NCBI GenBank assembly: GCA_947258385.1
Contig: CAMYII010000085.1
Coordinates: forward strand, 72,609-136,608
Source of the DNA: Acidiferrobacterales bacterium
GTDB taxonomy: Bacteria > Pseudomonadota > Gammaproteobacteria > Acidiferrobacterales > SZUA-150
DNA length: 64,000 nt
Reading direction: 5' to 3'
Shown: positions 32,325 to 41,068 of the stretch, piece after piece
How positions within the stretch are numbered: the stretch's first letter is position 1
Layout: each line of letters starts with the position of its first letter
Notes under the pieces: generated by a model
What the model saw: only the letters and a program-made list of their open reading frames with translations
What the model was told of the DNA's origin: nothing
The model's database searches: none
Program-made: the position numbers and the translations under genes

Positions 32325-33290
32325 ATGCGCAGGATCGGTTTTGCCCTGCTGGTATTTAATGCGTCCTTGGTCTTTGGACAAACACAGGGCCTGGCGCAAG
32401 ACACGACCACGGCCCGGTGCGTGTCGGTTGACCGACTGAAGGCACATGTGGCGACACTGGCCGGTGAAATCGGCGAACGCAATGTGCTGCATCCGGCGGC
32501 ACTGCATGCCGCCGCCGATTACATTCGCCAGATCTGGCAGGCCCAAGGCTACGCGGTCAGTACGGTCGAATATACGCTAAACGGTCGGACCTGGGCCAAT
32601 CTCGAAATCACGCGCCAGGGTCAGGGCGAATCACCCGCGATTATCCTGATCGGCGCGCATTACGACTCGGTCGCCGGCAGCCCGGGCGCCAATGACAACG
32701 CCAGCGGGGTTGCCGCCCTGCTGGAGCTCTCGCGCTGCCTCGCCGCGCACCGCCCTCTGCGCACGCTGCGTTTTGTCGCCTTTGTGAACGAGGAGCCACC
32801 CTTTTTCTACACCGCGGACATGGGCAGCCGCGTGTACGTGCAAGCGGCGCTCGCCCGCGGGGATGACATCCAGGCCATGCTGGCGCTGGAGACGATCGGC
32901 TACTACACCGGGGAACCGGACAGTCAGCGCTACCCGCCGCTGTTCAGCCTGTTCCATCCGGACCGCGGCAACTTCATCGCCTTCGTCGCCAACTTCGCCT
33001 CGCGCGCCTTGCTGCGGCAGGCGGTGGCCGGGTTCCGCGCCGCCAGCGACTTTCCCGTGGAGCAAACGGCAACATTTTCCTGGCTCGCGGGCGTGCACTG
33101 GAGCGACCACTATTCGTTCTGGCGCGAAGGCATCCCGGCGCTCATGGTCACCGACACCGCCCTGTATCGCTACCCCTACTACCACAGCCGCCTCGATACA
33201 CCGGAAAAACTCGATTACGACGGCCTCGGGCGCGTCGCGGCGGGACTACACGGCATGAGTGCCGCGCTCGCCGATGCCCCAATGAATTGA
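32325..33290 (+). CDS. M28-family aminopeptidase (secreted)
   Basis: Signal peptide from the ATG at 32325. ILIGAHYDSVAGSPGANDNASGVAALLELSR zinc-ligand region. Confidence 0.85.
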   Translation: MRRIGFALLVFNASLVFGQTQGLAQDTTTARCVSVDRLKAHVATLAGEIGERNVLHPAALHAAADYIRQIWQAQGYAVSTVEYTLNGRTWANLEITRQGQGESPAIILIGAHYDSVAGSPGANDNASGVAALLELSRCLAAHRPLRTLRFVAFVNEEPPFFYTADMGSRVYVQAALARGDDIQAMLALETIGYYTGEPDSQRYPPLFSLFHPDRGNFIAFVANFASRALLRQAVAGFRAASDFPVEQTATFSWLAGVHWSDHYSFWREGIPALMVTDTALYRYPYYHSRLDTPEKLDYDGLGRVAAGLHGMSAALADAPMN

Positions 33291-33294
33291 CGCC

Positions 33295-33831
33295 ATGCCG
33301 CAGACGCGACGCCATGCATTGTGGCTCACACCGCGCGGACCGCTCGCCGAGGAGCTGGGCCGGCTCATCGCCGACCTCGCCGGGCGGCACGGCGCTCCGG
33401 TCTTCGAACCACATATCACCCTGCTTGGCGGCATTCGCGGCCGGGAATCCGAGCGGATCGCCCAGACTCGGGCGCTTGCCTGCGAACTCAAACCTTTCGA
33501 GATCACTCTGACCGACGCGGACTACCTGGATGAGTATTTTCGCTGCCTGTTCCTCGATGCCGCCCGCAGCGAAGACATCATGGCCGCGCATGCGCTTGCC
33601 AAGCAACTGCTTGGCGTGTCCGACGACCTTGTTTTCAGGCCGCACTTGAGCCTGTTGTACGCCAGCCTCGACGCCCAACAAAAAGAGAAAATTCTTGACC
33701 GGATCGCTCGCCGCTTCGAGCGCTCGTTTCTGGCCGACCGGGTCGCGCTGTACTGCACCGAGGGCCCGCCGCCAGAGTGGTACTGTGTCAAACGCTTTCC
33801 ACTCACGGGCCCGGGTAAAGCGCACGATTAA
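33295..33831 (+). CDS. 2H phosphoesterase superfamily protein (cyclic phosphodiesterase/LigT-like)
   Basis: Two HxT/S motifs, EPHITLLG and RPHLSLLY, about 80 residues apart. Confidence 0.7.
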   Translation: MPQTRRHALWLTPRGPLAEELGRLIADLAGRHGAPVFEPHITLLGGIRGRESERIAQTRALACELKPFEITLTDADYLDEYFRCLFLDAARSEDIMAAHALAKQLLGVSDDLVFRPHLSLLYASLDAQQKEKILDRIARRFERSFLADRVALYCTEGPPPEWYCVKRFPLTGPGKAHD

Positions 33832-34487
33832 CCCGAGGCGAGCCCGTGTGCCCAGCGCGTGGTTTCGGGCAGCCGGTATTTCGTGACGCACCGCAGGGTG
33901 TAGTCGATCGCCGCGTTCAGGGTGATCCGGTGACCGATGGACACGTAGACCGGCTGCACGCCGGTGCGGGTGCGCAGCACCGCACCGATCGTCTCGCCTT
34001 TATCCATGAGCGGCACCCAGGCGCCTTTTTCTTGTGCCGGCTCGCCGTGCGTGCCGATCAGGCGTGACTTGGCCACGCCGATGCTGGGAATGTCCGCCAG
34101 CAGACCGAGGTGGCAGGCGAGCCCGAAACGCCGTGGATGCGCCAGCCCCTGCCCGTCGCACAGCAGCAGGTCCGGCCTGGTGTGCAGCTTTGCCAGCGCG
34201 GCCAGTACCGCCGGCGCCTCGCGGAAAGACAGGTAGCCGGGCACATAGGGAAAACGCGTTTTTCGGCGCACGATGGCCTGCTCGTGCAGGCGCAGGCCGG
34301 GGAAACTGAGCACGGCCACCGCGGCCCGCGTCATGGCGCCGCCTTGCTCAAAGCCCACGTCCACACCGGCCGCGTACCGGACATTCCTTGGAGCGCCTCG
34401 GGTGAGTACCTGCGCGCGCAGCGACTCCTGGACTTCGCGCGCCTCGGCCACGGTCGTGGGCCAGCTGCCTTGTACAGCAATCTTCAT
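33828..34487 (-). CDS. nfi: endonuclease V
   Basis: 219 aa. [19 protein letters not shown] and [18 protein letters not shown] motifs. Confidence 0.9.
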   Translation of the reverse strand: MKIAVQGSWPTTVAEAREVQESLRAQVLTRGAPRNVRYAAGVDVGFEQGGAMTRAAVAVLSFPGLRLHEQAIVRRKTRFPYVPGYLSFREAPAVLAALAKLHTRPDLLLCDGQGLAHPRRFGLACHLGLLADIPSIGVAKSRLIGTHGEPAQEKGAWVPLMDKGETIGAVLRTRTGVQPVYVSIGHRITLNAAIDYTLRCVTKYRLPETTRWAHGLASG

Positions 34488-34537
34488 ACCAATAGCTTAG
34501 GTTCATATCAGCGAGCGGAGGAACCGCAAAGTCTAGC

Positions 34538-34569
34538 AGGTTGCGAAAAAACTGGTTTTTCAGCAACCT
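34538..34569. promoter_or_regulatory. 32-bp imperfect palindrome in the nfi / hpf-like divergent intergenic region
   Basis: AGGTTGCGAAAAAACT|GGTTTTTCAGCAACCT, with 13 of 16 positions symmetric. It cannot be a terminator because both neighbours point away from it. Confidence 0.35.
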
Positions 34570-34725
34570 AATAGGGTCCAGCTTTGCGCTAGGTCAATGA
34601 GTCGGTTCGGGAATTGATCTTTAATATCACCGCATGCGCCTGTGGGGATTGACCGCCCCGGCGGCCGGTCACTCAGGCGCAAAACCGGTGCCCCGCCGGT
34701 CCACGGTTGCTCGATGAGGTGAGGC

Positions 34726-35289
34726 ATGAAGCTGCCACTTGAGATTACCTTTCGGGACATACCCCGATCAGAGGCCATCGAAACCTCGGTGCGCGCCAAG
34801 GCCGCGAAACTCGAGGAGTTCTATGACCGTATCATGAGTTGCCGTGTGGTGGTCGAGTCACCGCACCGGCACCGTCACAAGGGCAAGATTTATCACGTGC
34901 GCATCGACCTGACCGTGCCGGGCAAGGAACTGGTGATCAGGCGAGATCCCAAAGAGCATAGCGCGCACGAGGATGTGTACGTGGCCATCCGCGATGCCTT
35001 CGAAGCCGCCAAACGGCAACTCGAAGATTACGCGCGGCGCCAGCGCGGCGACGTAAAGACACATGTACTGCCCCATCATGCCCGCGTTGTCCGGCTCTTC
35101 CCCGCCCAGGACCATGGCTTCCTGGAGACCGCGGACAAGCGCGAAATCTACTTTCACCGCAACAGCCTGGTGGACGTGGATTTCGACAAGCTTGATATCG
35201 GCACCGAGGTCCTCTACGTCGAGGAACAAGGCAAGGAAGGCCCGCAGGCGAGCCGGGTCAGCGTCGGCAAGCACCATGTTGAGGCGTAA
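34726..35289 (+). CDS. HPF/RaiA-family ribosome-associated protein with C-terminal cold-shock-like domain
   Basis: N-terminal LEITFRDIPRSEAIETSVRAKAAKLEEFYDRIMSCRVVVE...YHVRIDLTVPG (S30AE-like). C-terminal GFLETADKREIYFHRNSLVDVDFDKLDIGTEVLY (CSD-like). Confidence 0.72.
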   Translation: MKLPLEITFRDIPRSEAIETSVRAKAAKLEEFYDRIMSCRVVVESPHRHRHKGKIYHVRIDLTVPGKELVIRRDPKEHSAHEDVYVAIRDAFEAAKRQLEDYARRQRGDVKTHVLPHHARVVRLFPAQDHGFLETADKREIYFHRNSLVDVDFDKLDIGTEVLYVEEQGKEGPQASRVSVGKHHVEA

Positions 35290-35307
35290 GCCCGGTCAGT
35301 TGAAATA

Positions 35308-37245
35308 TTAGCTTTCAAGGTTCTCGATCGTGATCGGTGCAATCGGGCCAGCAGGCGCAAAACCGAAGATCCGCCCATAGAAAAAGAGCTCGGCTTCCAA
35401 TACGCGCCTGATGGTCTCCGCCTGGCGAAAACCATGCTGCTCGCCCTCAAAAGTCAGGTAGGCCACGGGCAAGCCCTTCCCGCGCAGCGCCTCCACCATC
35501 ATCTGCGCCTGGCTTGGCGGGACCACTTTATCCTCCAGGCCCTGGAAAAAGATGATCGGAGACGATAATTGTTCGGTGTAATGGATGGGTGAACGCTCTC
35601 GGTACAGATATTTGCGTTCGGGGTACGGGCCAACCAGCAGATCGAGGTAACGCGACTCGAATTTGTGCGTATCGCGCACCAGCGCCTCGAGCTCACTGAC
35701 ACCGTAGTGGCTGGCGCCGGCGCTGAAGGTATCACGGAAGGCCAGTGCGCAAAGGGTGGTGTAACCGCCGGCGCTGCCGCCGCTGATCGCCAGACGCTTG
35801 CTATCCACGTCTCCGCGCTCCACCAGGTAACGGGCGGCGTTCACACAGTCCTCCACATCGACCACGCCCCATTGCCCATGCAAGCGCCGCCGGTACTCGC
35901 GTCCGTAGCCGGTGCTGCCGCCGTAGTTGACATCCAGTACCGCGATGCCGCGGCTGGTCCAGTACTGAATCTTGGGGCTAAACAGGGTGGACGTCGCCGC
36001 CGTCGGCCCGCCATGACTTTTCACCAGCAACGGTGGTTTTTCCTCGTCCGGCGCCGTGTAGTCCCGGTTTCTCGGCGAATAAAAAAAACCGTAGGCGGTC
36101 AGTCCGTGGGCTGTCGGAAACTCGATGGCCTCCGGCACCGAGACGTACCCGCGATCGATCACGGCGTCGCTCGAGCGGCGCAAAATCTCGAAACGCCGGG
36201 TCGCGAAATCGTAGTGAATCACCGACACGGGCTCGGTGGGTGAGCCCCCCAGGAACACGGCACAGCCGGCGGCCGCCCGCAGCCCGGAGATGTCGCTGTA
36301 GGGAGAGTCGATGTCTTCAAGCGCCAGGGTACGCGTGTCCACCGTCGCCAACCGCCAAACTCCCTGTGTGCAATATGCGCAAACGATACGATCGGCCGAC
36401 TCAAATCCATACGTGGACATGCCGAAAACCCACTGCGGCAGACCAAACTCCGCGTCCCGCGCTACGAGATGTTCCACCTTGCCGCCCCGCCAGCGATACA
36501 GGTTCCACCAGCCACTGCGGTCGGAGACGAAATACAAGCTCCCGTCGGGTGACCACTCGGGCTGGAAGATGGACTCTTGCCGGCTACCGGCCACCTGGTT
36601 GGCGTCCACCAAGGTGCCATCGGGCCGCAGCTCACCGGTCCACAACTCGGTGCCGTCCCAAGGCATGTCGGGGTGGTCCCAGCTGAGCCATGCCAGGCGC
36701 TTTCCGTCGGGGCTCAAACGCGGCGAGGCGTAGAAATCGTGACCGGCCGCCAGCACCTGCCGAGTACGCCGACCGCTGAGATCGAGGCTCACGAGCGTAT
36801 TGACGGCCTCGCGATCGTCGGTTTTGTGCTCTTCCGCCACACAGACCAGGCGCTGGCGCACCGCATCGACCACCGCGTCGGCATACCGTAGACCGTCTTC
36901 GGGCGCGAGCGGCCGTATCGGACCCGCCGGGTCGCGCCGGTAGAGACGCTGATCGGCAAAGTTGGCAAACAACAGCTCGCCGCCGCGCACCGCGTAGGCA
37001 CCGCCGCCGTATTCGTGCACGCGCGTGCGTACGTTGTAGGGCGGCGGCGTCACATCGACTACATCGCCATCCGGCCCGCGGCGCACCAGCACGTTGCGCC
37101 CCGCTTCCGTCGGCCGCTGCTCCAGCCAGTAGATGTTTCCCGCGTCGAGCGCGATCTGCCCGAGACCGATCGTGCTTGAGGCCACGAGGTCCGAGGTCAC
37201 CGGGGATGACCAGGCGCCATAGCGGGCGATGCGTTTACCGGCCAT
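35308..37245 (-). CDS. S9-family serine peptidase (prolyl oligopeptidase / acylaminoacyl-peptidase type)
   Basis: 645 aa. N-terminal beta-propeller-like repeats (WSPDG...), a C-terminal hydrolase with the GGSAGGYT nucleophile elbow, and a distal ...GEQHGF His. Confidence 0.9.
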   Translation of the reverse strand: MAGKRIARYGAWSSPVTSDLVASSTIGLGQIALDAGNIYWLEQRPTEAGRNVLVRRGPDGDVVDVTPPPYNVRTRVHEYGGGAYAVRGGELLFANFADQRLYRRDPAGPIRPLAPEDGLRYADAVVDAVRQRLVCVAEEHKTDDREAVNTLVSLDLSGRRTRQVLAAGHDFYASPRLSPDGKRLAWLSWDHPDMPWDGTELWTGELRPDGTLVDANQVAGSRQESIFQPEWSPDGSLYFVSDRSGWWNLYRWRGGKVEHLVARDAEFGLPQWVFGMSTYGFESADRIVCAYCTQGVWRLATVDTRTLALEDIDSPYSDISGLRAAAGCAVFLGGSPTEPVSVIHYDFATRRFEILRRSSDAVIDRGYVSVPEAIEFPTAHGLTAYGFFYSPRNRDYTAPDEEKPPLLVKSHGGPTAATSTLFSPKIQYWTSRGIAVLDVNYGGSTGYGREYRRRLHGQWGVVDVEDCVNAARYLVERGDVDSKRLAISGGSAGGYTTLCALAFRDTFSAGASHYGVSELEALVRDTHKFESRYLDLLVGPYPERKYLYRERSPIHYTEQLSSPIIFFQGLEDKVVPPSQAQMMVEALRGKGLPVAYLTFEGEQHGFRQAETIRRVLEAELFFYGRIFGFAPAGPIAPITIENLES

Positions 37246-37268
37246 GATCGCCGAGGGAATTTAAACCC

Positions 37269-37820
37269 TCAGGGCCTCTTGGCATAGACCGCGTCAAAGG
37301 CCGCTTCCAGATCTTCATTGGTGCCGCGGATGCAATCGACCACCTCCTTGGCCCAGTCAAAGTAGCGCCGCTTTCTTTCCTGTTCCCAGCCCGCCGGCGG
37401 CGCAGACAGGATATCGCGCAGATTGCAGATTTTATCGGCCAGCTTGACCTGCTTTGCCATGTGGCTGGCATGCGCCGCTTTCAGCACCTGCAGGCGCTTG
37501 CGCTCCACCGGCGGCAGGTGCTGATCATCGGAGACCTCATCGACGATGTTACGGATCTGCTTGCCGAATTCCCGCTGCAGCTCATCCAGAGAGGTTTCCG
37601 TATCCTCGACCGTGTCGTGGAGAATGGCAGCGGCGATCACCACCGCATCGGTCACTTTGCCTTCGTGCCACAACACATTGGCGAGGCCGATGGGATGGTT
37701 GATATAGGGTGAGGCCTCCGCGCCCTTGCGCCGTTGATCACGGTGTTTGTGCGCGGCGAAAGTCAGGGCCTTCAACACCAGCCCGGTGTCGTCATATTCC
37801 CAGCGATCGTGCGTGTCCAT
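37269..37820 (-). CDS. HD-domain small alarmone hydrolase (Mesh1/SpoT-hydrolase-like)
   Basis: From the ATG at 37820 with GAGGG Shine-Dalgarno. ALTFAAHKHRDQRRKG...PYINHPIGLANVL...AAILHDTVEDT matches the (p)ppGpp hydrolase HD fold. No synthetase domain. Confidence 0.8.
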   Translation of the reverse strand: MDTHDRWEYDDTGLVLKALTFAAHKHRDQRRKGAEASPYINHPIGLANVLWHEGKVTDAVVIAAAILHDTVEDTETSLDELQREFGKQIRNIVDEVSDDQHLPPVERKRLQVLKAAHASHMAKQVKLADKICNLRDILSAPPAGWEQERKRRYFDWAKEVVDCIRGTNEDLEAAFDAVYAKRP

Positions 37821-37831
37821 GCTGCCCTCTT

Positions 37832-38242
37832 TCAACCGCATCCGATATGGACTGCCACCTTGCGGGCACCGCCCCTGGAGCGATGCTCCCATAAATACAC
37901 GCCCTGCCAGGTCCCCAACGCGAGGCTACCGTTGATGATTGGAATGGATAGCGTCACCGCCGTTAACGCCGATTTAATGTGCGCCGGCATGTCATCCGGC
38001 CCCTCGAGCGTATGGGTGTACAGGGCGTCGCGTTCCGGCACCAGGCGATCGAGCCAGTTCTCCAGATCGCGTCTGGCCGATGGATCGGCGTTCTCCTGAA
38101 TCGTGAGGCTCGCCGAGGTATGTTGTACGAGCAGTGTGCAAAGTCCCTGCTCGACCCCCGCCTCGGACACGGCGGCTTGCACGTCATTCGTGAATTCATG
38201 CAATCCCTGGCCACGCGTCTTGATGGACAACTGCCTAATCAC
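37832..38242 (-). CDS. YjbQ/UPF0047-family protein (paralog 2)
   Basis: 136 aa. ...ASLTIQENADPSARRDLE...HIKSALTAVTLSIPIINGSLALGTWQGVYLWEHR. Confidence 0.85.
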   Translation of the reverse strand: MIRQLSIKTRGQGLHEFTNDVQAAVSEAGVEQGLCTLLVQHTSASLTIQENADPSARRDLENWLDRLVPERDALYTHTLEGPDDMPAHIKSALTAVTLSIPIINGSLALGTWQGVYLWEHRSRGGARKVAVHIGCG

Positions 38243-38361
38243 GCACGCCCCAATCCCCTCAGATTCAGATAGCCAGCATTTTATACGGCACGATCCGGGT
38301 TGTCAGGCGACAATTCGAGTGCCTTCTGACCCAAAACCTGACAAACCCAAGAGATTTCCAG

Positions 38362-38518
38362 AACCTGTATCAAAAATACCTTCCGCCCCCTAGCGCTGTG
38401 GAAGCAACGCAGAGGTCGCGGAGGCGCAACGTACGCGAAGAAAGCAAAAACGCTTTATTTTGAAGTATGCTCTGCGTCCTCTGGGCCTTGGCGTTCTTTG
38501 CGTTGCTTCCGGGGCGTG
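38362..38518 (+). repeat. ~157-bp foldback intergenic repeat, copy A (MITE/REP-like)
   Basis: Aligns by eye to the reverse complement of 55063-55221, with about 21 differences in ~157 positions. Shares an identical 38-nt core at 38431-38468. Has an internal inverted pair GGAAGCAACGCA (38400-38411) / TGCGTTGCTTCC (38499-38510). Confidence 0.8.
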
Positions 38519-38553
38519 ACCGGCGGCCTGCCTGTTGGCGGCACCGTCTCCCG

Positions 38554-39930
38554 TCAGCCCGCCGCCCTCGGCGAGGCAAAACGCATCGTCACGGCGGCGC
38601 CCCCGAGCGCGCCCGCCGAGATCGACAGGCTGCCACCGTAGATGCGCACGATTTCCTGGGCCATCGCCAGGCCGATGCCGTGCCCGGCGGTGGCGGTATC
38701 GGCGCGTTCGCCGCGTTGCAACACGCGCGTGATCATCTCCTCGAGAATTCCAGGCCCGTCGTCCGCGATGCGCAGTGTCAGCGCCCGGCGCCCTGCCCGC
38801 GCGACCGGCTCGACGCGGGCCGTAATGAGCACACGCTGACGGCACCATTTGAAGGCATTGTCGGTCACATTACCCAGTATTTCGAGCAAATCGCCCTCGT
38901 CCCCGTAAAACACGGCGTCGTCATCCACGTCGAGCTCACAGGACACCGGCTTGTCGGCATAGACCTTGGTGAGCGCGGCAACCACCTGCCTGATTTTTGG
39001 CGCGACCGGCACCGGTGCGGTCAGACTCACGCGACCGGAAGCCGCCGCGCGCTGCAGCTGATAATCGATGATCTGTGTCATGCGCTCGACCTGCTCGTGC
39101 GCGAGCGCATGCAATTGTTCACCGCTGACCTGCGTGTCTACGGCGCCACGCAACACCGCCAACGGCGTTTTAAGGCTGTGGGCCAGGTTTCCGAGCGAAT
39201 CGCGGTAGCGCGCAAGGTGGGTCTGGGCGCCGGCGATCAAGGCATTGAGATTGTCCGTCAAACCGCGCAACTCCGTCGGATACGTGCCCGTCAAACATTG
39301 TGCGCGGCCCGCCTCGATCGCGGCCAGATCGTCCGCGACCCGGCGCAGCGGCGCCAGTCCCCAGCGCAGGATGCTGCCCTGGACCGCCAGCAGCAGCAGC
39401 GCCGCGGCACCGAGCCAGCCCCACAGGTTGCGGCGAAAACTCCGAACTTGCGCATAAAACGGCTCAAGGCTCTCCGCCACGCGAAAGATGTAACGCCGTT
39501 GCCGGCCCTGACTGTCATCCCAGCTTACGCCGAAGCTCAAGCCGTGAAGCGCCGTGCCCAACTTAGTCGATATCTGCTCAAACGCCCGGGCACCGACAGC
39601 CGGGCGCGCCTGAAACGGGATCGTGAGGCCGAGCACCGATTTCGAGCGCCAGTGCCGGCGACCGTCACCGCGTGCGACTTCCGCGTACAGCCCGGAACCG
39701 GCCACGGCAAAGCGTGGGTCCGGCAACTCATCCGGCAGCACCATGGTGTCCCCGACATCCAGCTCCGCAGCCGCCAACAAGGCATAAATATGGCCCTGCA
39801 GACGGTCCTCTAACGCCGCTTCGGCACTGGTGCGAAATGCCCGGTCCAGCACCAGACCCGTGAGCCCGAGAAAGGCAGCCAGGACCACGCTCCCCGCCAG
39901 CAACAACCGGGCACGCAGGGAATAGGTCAC
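38554..39930 (-). CDS. phoQ: PhoQ-like sensor histidine kinase
   Basis: 458 aa, two TM segments, HAMP. H-box YRDSLGNLAHSLKTPLAVL and N/G boxes GNVTDNAFKW...DDGPGI...GHGIGLA, colinear with E. coli PhoQ. The GTG start overlaps the upstream stop (GTGA). Confidence 0.82.
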   Translation of the reverse strand: MTYSLRARLLLAGSVVLAAFLGLTGLVLDRAFRTSAEAALEDRLQGHIYALLAAAELDVGDTMVLPDELPDPRFAVAGSGLYAEVARGDGRRHWRSKSVLGLTIPFQARPAVGARAFEQISTKLGTALHGLSFGVSWDDSQGRQRRYIFRVAESLEPFYAQVRSFRRNLWGWLGAAALLLLAVQGSILRWGLAPLRRVADDLAAIEAGRAQCLTGTYPTELRGLTDNLNALIAGAQTHLARYRDSLGNLAHSLKTPLAVLRGAVDTQVSGEQLHALAHEQVERMTQIIDYQLQRAAASGRVSLTAPVPVAPKIRQVVAALTKVYADKPVSCELDVDDDAVFYGDEGDLLEILGNVTDNAFKWCRQRVLITARVEPVARAGRRALTLRIADDGPGILEEMITRVLQRGERADTATAGHGIGLAMAQEIVRIYGGSLSISAGALGGAAVTMRFASPRAAG

Positions 39931-40610
39931 GCGCTGCTTCGCTCAACGGTGAAGCGGTAGCCACGACCGCGCAGCGTCTCGATCGGCTGGTAGCGGTTAT
40001 CGGGATCGAGTTTCCGGCGCAGTCGACCGATGAATACTTCGATCACGTTGCTGTCACGATCGAAATCCTGATCGTAGATATGCTCGGTCAGCTCGGTCTT
40101 GGATACGACCTTCCCGGTATGCAGCATCAGGTACTCGAGAACCTTGTACTCATAGGCGGTCAGCTCGAGCGCGGTGTCGTCCACGCTCACCGTCTGGGTG
40201 GCGGTATCGAGCAGAATCGGACCGCAACGAAGCGCGGGCTGGGCGATACCGGCCGCGCGGCGCAGCAGGGCCTTGAGGCGAGCCAGCAGTTCCTCGGTGT
40301 GGAACGGTTTGACCAAATAGTCATCGGCGCCGGCCTCGAGTCCCTCGACCTTGTCCTGCCAGCGCCCGCGCGCGGTCAGAATGAGGATGGGAAATTTCCC
40401 GCCGTCGGCGCGCCACTTGCGTATCACCTCGATACCGGAAAGATCAGGCAGCCCCAGATCGACCACTGCCAGATCGATTGGATACTCCTTGCCGAAGTAA
40501 TACCCCTCGGTGCCGTCAGCCGCGACATCAACGGCATAACCCGCACGGCGCAGTTGGGTCTGCAACTGGCTGCGCAGGTCTGCTTCGTCTTCAATGACTA
40601 AAACGCGCAT
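39927..40610 (-). CDS. phoP: PhoP-like OmpR-family response regulator
   Basis: 227 aa. MRVLVIEDEADLR...DLAVVDLGLPD...ILILTARGRWQDKVEGLEAGADDYLVKPFH aligns closely with E. coli PhoP. Winged-helix C-terminus. Confidence 0.88.
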   Translation of the reverse strand: MRVLVIEDEADLRSQLQTQLRRAGYAVDVAADGTEGYYFGKEYPIDLAVVDLGLPDLSGIEVIRKWRADGGKFPILILTARGRWQDKVEGLEAGADDYLVKPFHTEELLARLKALLRRAAGIAQPALRCGPILLDTATQTVSVDDTALELTAYEYKVLEYLMLHTGKVVSKTELTEHIYDQDFDRDSNVIEVFIGRLRRKLDPDNRYQPIETLRGRGYRFTVERSSA

Positions 40611-40641
40611 GGTTCAGCGGACAAGCACGGAAAGGCAGGAA

Positions 40642-40950
40642 TCAGTCGGCGGCGCCGCTCTCGGCATCGACACGGAAAATACGAACATGTCCCGAGGGCA
40701 TGAGCACTTTAATGCGGTAGACCACGCGTCCCTTGCGATTGAGCACATCGGCGGACAGAATACGACCCCCCGTTTGCCGCTGGACGCGCGCCGCGGCCTG
40801 TTCCAGGCTGAGTCCTCCGCGTTTGGCCACCTGAAAGCCCGCCGCATCAATCGCGGGCCGCTGCTCCCGAGCACCCGCGGCCGACGCCATGAGCAGCGCA
40901 CCCGTCATCGCGAAAATACAAAGTATGCGAACACATGATCGTCGTTGCAT
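40642..40950 (-). CDS. secreted PepSY-domain protein
   Basis: Signal peptide from the ATG at 40950. SLEQAAARVQRQTGGRILSADVLNRKGRVVYRIKVLMPSGHVRIFRVD is a PepSY fold pattern. Confidence 0.8.
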   Translation of the reverse strand: MQRRSCVRILCIFAMTGALLMASAAGAREQRPAIDAAGFQVAKRGGLSLEQAAARVQRQTGGRILSADVLNRKGRVVYRIKVLMPSGHVRIFRVDAESGAAD

Positions 40951-41068
40951 GCAAGCTCCTGGCCGGCGCGGCCGTCTAACGCGGGGGCGGGTGGCACCCT
41001 GACACGGTGGCATTCCCTAAGCATAACCAAGACCACCGCCAACGGCCAGACGCAGCGCACCCGGCCGA

